From Gracilinanus agilis (lineage: Eukaryota), in contig NC_058133.1 of assembly GCF_016433145.1 (NCBI RefSeq), positions 192,870,374 through 192,934,373 on the forward strand: DNA of 64,000 nucleotides, read 5' to 3'. Below are positions 59,532 to 64,000 of this stretch, piece after piece; within the stretch, counting starts at the first letter, position 1, and every line of letters starts with the position of its first letter. The notes under the pieces were generated by a model that saw only the letters and a program-made list of their open reading frames with translations, had not been told where the DNA came from and searched no databases. The position numbers were made by a program, and so were the translations under genes.

Positions 59532-61423
59532 GTGAGGATCCTTCCTGTGTCCTCGTCCTTAGCCTCTGACTCTACAGGCTGTTCTCCTGGCATGGCTCAA
59601 GTAGGATTAATCCATATATGCAGGTGATCTGGTCAGGATGGCCAGCTGGCTGTCATGGGGGCAAGCCCAGGCATTTTCTTACCTATTGCTAACTGAGTGA
59701 CTGGACCCTGATTTGGCTCTTCTGGGAGCTGGGGTCATTTCAACTCTTATCTTTACAAATCCTCGCTCCAGACCACAAGCCCACAACTGTACAGATTCCT
59801 AGGAGAGATTCATGATAAAGACAAGTATAAGGGGATGGTAACAGAATAAGAAAGCCACTGAGGGCTGAGCAGGCCAGGAAGAATGTCTATAACCCAGGAG
59901 TCCCTGATTCTTAGCCCTATCTTGGTACCCACCCCTACCCCCAATACTTTTTATTAATTGTTTTCTCAGGCTAGAATCTCTATTTTTGGTTCCTCTCATC
60001 TCTAGCCATCCCTCACCAACCTTAATCAGGGAACCAGACTTAATCTGTTATCATCCATTACGGAGCCAGGATTTAGGCATCTGCCCATTATGAAAGAGAT
60101 TAGGGACAGGAGCCCATTAGCCAACATTAGGGAGGCCCAAACCAGGCTACTTTCATTAGGCCTTCAGTGCTCATGCCACTACCCACTACCCTCTCCCTTT
60201 GTGTGCTTTTGCTTGAGCCTTGACTCCACTCCCCTGCCCTCTTACCTAGACATGGGGTCATTTTCTGGAATTCTGTCTTCTCTTTCTTGCATCTCCTGAT
60301 CTTTGACCCATAGCCTGGATCTGAGCTCCTGATCCCATCACTTTCTACCCAGATTTAGCTTATGGGTGGTGTGTGTTTGTTGGGGTTATTAACTCCTTCT
60401 TTACATGGGACCTACAAGTAGCTCTAATATAAGTCCCCTTCCTCCAGGGCATGTACATCTTTCTACATACAGTAAAGGGAACTCCCTTCGAGACGCCTGA
60501 CCAGGGTAAGGCACGGCTGCTCACTCACTGGGAACAGATGGACTATGGTGTCCAGTTCACGGCCTCCCGCAAGTTCCTGACCATCACCCCTATCGTGCTG
60601 TGAGTGTATAAGGGCTGGGAATGGTACTTGGGGATAGGCATAGGTAGCTTTTCTGAATGGAAGGATGGGATGGGGGTTCTTTAAGACCTGGCTTATTATG
60701 GGTGACATAGTTCCTTTTGTGTTCCCTTTGTAATAGATGCTGAGAGAACGAGGTAAGGAGCCTCTTTCGAAAGACTGAGGGCCTGGGGCAAAGGCTTTAC
60801 TGTCCATTAGACTGCCCCTCCCCTCTGGCTTATAGCTTTTTATTTTCTGTGCCCTGACCATTAATCTCTTGTGAGATAGACTCATGGGCCAAGAGGAAGA
60901 GGGTGACTAAGTGTCTAAAGGGACTCTATGCCTTTTTTTTTAAACCCTTAGCTTCTGTCTTAGAATTGATACTAAATATTGGTTCCATTGCAGAAGAGCA
61001 ATAATGGCTAGGCAATGGGGGTTAAGTGACTTGCTCAGGGTCACAAAGCTAGAAAGTGCCTGAAGCCAGATTTGAACCCAGGAATTCCCATCTCTAGGCC
61101 TGGTTCTCAACCCCCTGAGTCATCTAGCTACCCTAGGGACAGTATACCCTGAGGGGCCCCCAGAAACTGCTATGCCCTCCATTCTCACTATTTTAAATTC
61201 AGAAATCCAGTCATTTCTTGCTCACCTTCTTTCCCCTCAGAGAGTGAGGGGAAGGGCCTTATATCTCTTGTTCTTATTCTCAATCAGGTATTTCCTAACC
61301 AGCTTCTATACCAAGTATGACCAGCTCCACTTCATCCTCAACACAGTATCCCTGATGAGCGTGCTGATCCCCAAGCTGCCCCAGCTCCATGGTGTCCGGA
61401 TTTTTGGGATTAATAAGTACTGA
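59358..61423 (+). CDS. ORMDL3: ORM1-like protein 3 (sphingolipid biosynthesis regulator), complete, 153 aa
   Basis: Exons 59358-59531 (174 nt), 60448-60599 (152 nt), 61288-61423 (136 nt); [34 protein letters not shown]...[16 protein letters not shown]; position beside GSDMA/PSMD3. Confidence 0.97.
60448..60599 (+). CDS. ORMDL3: ORMDL3 second coding exon
   Basis: [51 protein letters not shown]. Confidence 0.96.
60938..61132 (-). mobile_element. Marsupial SINE in the last ORMDL3 intron
   Basis: T-run followed by SINE consensus phrases. Confidence 0.8.
61288..61423 (+). CDS. ORMDL3: ORMDL3 last coding exon
   Basis: [44 protein letters not shown]. Confidence 0.96.
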
Positions 61424-63163
61424 GGGTCTAGCCCCTTCTTTGCCCTGTCCTGGGGGAATCTGAGGAGATGAAGATGAAGGGGGCCTCCATGCCCAGAGAC
61501 TGATGTTGAGCCTATGGGCCTAGTTAAAGCTCTCCTTTTCCCCTACTTCCTTCCCAATCCCAGTAGTCAAAATGGAGTAGCCTTTAGTGGGGTTAGAGGG
61601 GGGGGTTCTCCCCTGTTCCCCCCTTCTCTCTCAGTGGCTTTGTTCCCTTTTTGATTTTTCTCATTTGGATAGAAAAAAAATGTGAGAGGGGTTGTGTGGT
61701 ACTTCAGTGGTCCCGGCTACCTGAGCTGAATAGGGACGGAGGATGTTGGGAAACCCCACACATTCACTGTAACTCTGGCCAATGCACTTTAACCCCCACC
61801 CCCAGCAGGGGGCAGAGGGAATGGTACAGCCTCTATTTCACTNNNNNNNNNNNNNNNNNNNNNNNNNNNNNNNNNNNNNNNNNNNNNNNNNNNNNNNNNN
61901 NNNNNNNNNNNNNNNNNNNNNNNNNNNNNNNNNNNNNNNNNNNNNNNNNNNNNNNNNNNNNNNNNNNNNNNNNNNNNNNNNNNNNNNNNNNNNNNNNNNN
62001 NNNNNNNNNNNNNNNNNNNNNNNNNNNNNNNNNNCAGGTATGAGTCTATGCATGCATTTCTACCTTGGAAGGCACAAATGTCTGTCTATCCAGCAAGCTA
62101 AGTCCATTCGGTACACAAGAGATCAAGGGAAAGGTGTTGGGTCCTGGGGAGTGGGGAGGGTACTGCCTAAGTAGGGAAGGAAGCTCTGGCTTATTAGCCT
62201 GGGGTGAGATTAGGGGCTCTGTGTGTGTGCACCTGTGTGTCTGTGTGTGTGTGTAGGGGGTCAGGGTAGAGGTCAATATAGTGAGTTGTGAACTCGTGAT
62301 GCCAGAGAGTAGCAAAAAACAGAGTTGCAAATGGAGGTACTTTTTCTAGGTTCTTGAGCCACTTTGGAGCAGAGAAGGCCCAAAGGACTCATCTGATAAG
62401 TGTGGGGTGGAGAAGTGAAGAGATGAGATTGAGTCCGTCCCCTTTGTTAGTAGCTCATCTTTGGGGCCATAATGTTGGTGCAGAGGGAGGTCTGAGTCCT
62501 CCAAGGATTGTGACCTGTGGCTGAGGGTCACCCTGCATTGGTTTCCTTTGAAATACAGGTACTTCCTTTGGAAAGGAGGTGGGGTAAGGAGACAGGCCTG
62601 CTACAATAGAGCCTCTGGTGGCCAATGGAAGAATGTCTTCCCCTCTTCCCCTTGGTCAGCCTCTTTCCTCCCCTCTCTTCTAGCACTTCTTGGCTATTGA
62701 TCAGGTCCTTTTGGTCATACAGTGTAGGTTGCAAGGATGGGCGGGCAAATTGTTAGTGTTTGTTGATTAGCCCCCTTTTTCCTGCTCTTGAGGGTATCTG
62801 CCATTTGGAGCTGGCACTCTTCAGGTGGGCATGGCTTACTGCCCCAGAGCTTCTCTTCCTAGTAGCTAGGCCACTGAGAGGAGGAAAGAGGTGGGGCTCC
62901 AGAGGAGACAAGGGGATGAGAGAGAGAGCACTTGAGTGTGTGTGTTTCTGCACAAGATCCTGTGTGTTCTGAGACACCTTCTGGTCCCTCCCTGATGTGT
63001 GAGGGAAGAGGGGTGGTCACTATGCCTTGTTCTCTGCCTCTTGTTCCCCCTCCCTCACAACCCCCCACCCCATGTATTATAGGGAACTTTCAACTCAAAA
63101 CCTTTCTAAGACAGTGTGAATAGAATTTTTACTCCTCCTTTGTACAGTATTCTGAAAGAAGCA

Positions 63164-63169
63164 AATAAA
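63164..63169 (+). terminator. Candidate ORMDL3 polyadenylation signal
   Basis: AATAAA about 1.75 kb after the stop, followed by GT-rich sequence. Confidence 0.5.
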
Positions 63170-64000
63170 AGGCAGTGTGTTCCTGTCTACCACTTGCTTG
63201 TCCTCTGTATCCTGTCAGTGTTCAGGGTGGGGGACAGTTGGGGCCTGGGTCAAGCCTTATCTAAATCTTGTAACCTCCTCAACACCTAGCACAGTGCTTA
63301 GCAGAGACCTTCCATGCCTGGCAATTGAGAAGTTTCTTTCTTCAGCTCCCTCCATCCTGGGCAGTGCCACCACCAACCATTGTGGCCCCCCTTGAGTGGC
63401 CAACTTGGACATTTACTGTGAGCAAGACTGGGCTTTGGAGTCCCAGAACTGCCAATTAACTACCAGCTGGTATCCATCTGTCTCTTCTGGTGCCACTCCA
63501 CTAGAAAATTCACCCAGGAAATCACCTTTTGTTGGAGGTGGAGGCAGATCAGGATGATCTGAAAAACCGGAAAGATTGCCCTTCTCAGCAATCCAAACTT
63601 CAGTTTTTAACCCCACTGTGACAACTCTCTCAACAAGCAGCACATAGCTAGAACAAATGGAGAAATGTAACTTGTTTCTTCTAGAGGTTGGTGTGGGGAG
63701 TCTGGGGATGAATGAACCACAACTCAATGTGATCTGCCCTTGGCCTGGTTGGCTTTTGGCCCAGTGGATTCCCTTAAACCTGTTGCAGGGCCTCTGTCCA
63801 CCTTGTGTGTACAACGTGCTGTCCTGGGGGAGGGCCTGTGTGACCATAAAGACCAATCCATAATGGGGGCAATTTGTCTGGATCTCAGAAAGGTCCATGC
63901 TACCAGAGTTCTCCACACTTGTGCCTGTGTGGCTGAGCTCTTCTTTACTGTTCATGGCAGCATTTCCCTGCCCCCAATCCTCTCTTCTAGGTTCCTTTGC

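Noticed and set aside
59130-59593. 131-aa and 87-aa ORFs antisense to ORMDL3
   Set aside because: Shadow frames of a GC-rich coding exon.
61424-64000. GSDMB expected downstream of ORMDL3 by human synteny
   Set aside because: No GSDMB-like exon is seen, but only about 2.5 kb is available and most is probably ORMDL3 3' UTR, so absence cannot be claimed.
1-64000. CRISPR arrays, tRNA/rRNA genes or prokaryote-type defence systems
   Set aside because: The sequence is mammalian; recurring 30-40-nt motifs are dispersed SINE cores, not regularly spaced repeats, and tRNA-like boxes belong to SINE heads.

Overview
Marsupial genomic DNA, most likely Monodelphis domestica (SINE1_Mdo-like SINEs, marsupial L1s, small N gaps), from the region syntenic to human 17q21. 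Gene order in the window: PSMD3 start and CpG-island promoter (minus strand, ATG at 34), a complete GSDMA (minus, 11 coding exons, 446 aa, 6305-13279), about 38 kb of mostly transposable-element DNA, and a complete ORMDL3 coding region (plus, 59358-61423). LRRC3C, which lies between ORMDL3 and GSDMA in human, was not found. The intergenic interval holds a diverged second copy of the GSDMA upstream/putative promoter block with no coding exons behind it; a class I ERV provirus broken by six nested insertions, each with a target-site duplication (TSD); an ORF1-only L1 with a non-L1 polyadenylated tail; a DBI/ACBP retrocopy joined head-to-head to another polyadenylated fragment inside a Tc1/mariner TIR pair; and two short insertions apparently copied from DNA 2-2.5 kb away. 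No prokaryote-type system (CRISPR, rRNA, tRNA genes) is present. All alignments were done by eye and repeat family names come from memory, so both need RepeatMasker/BLAST confirmation.
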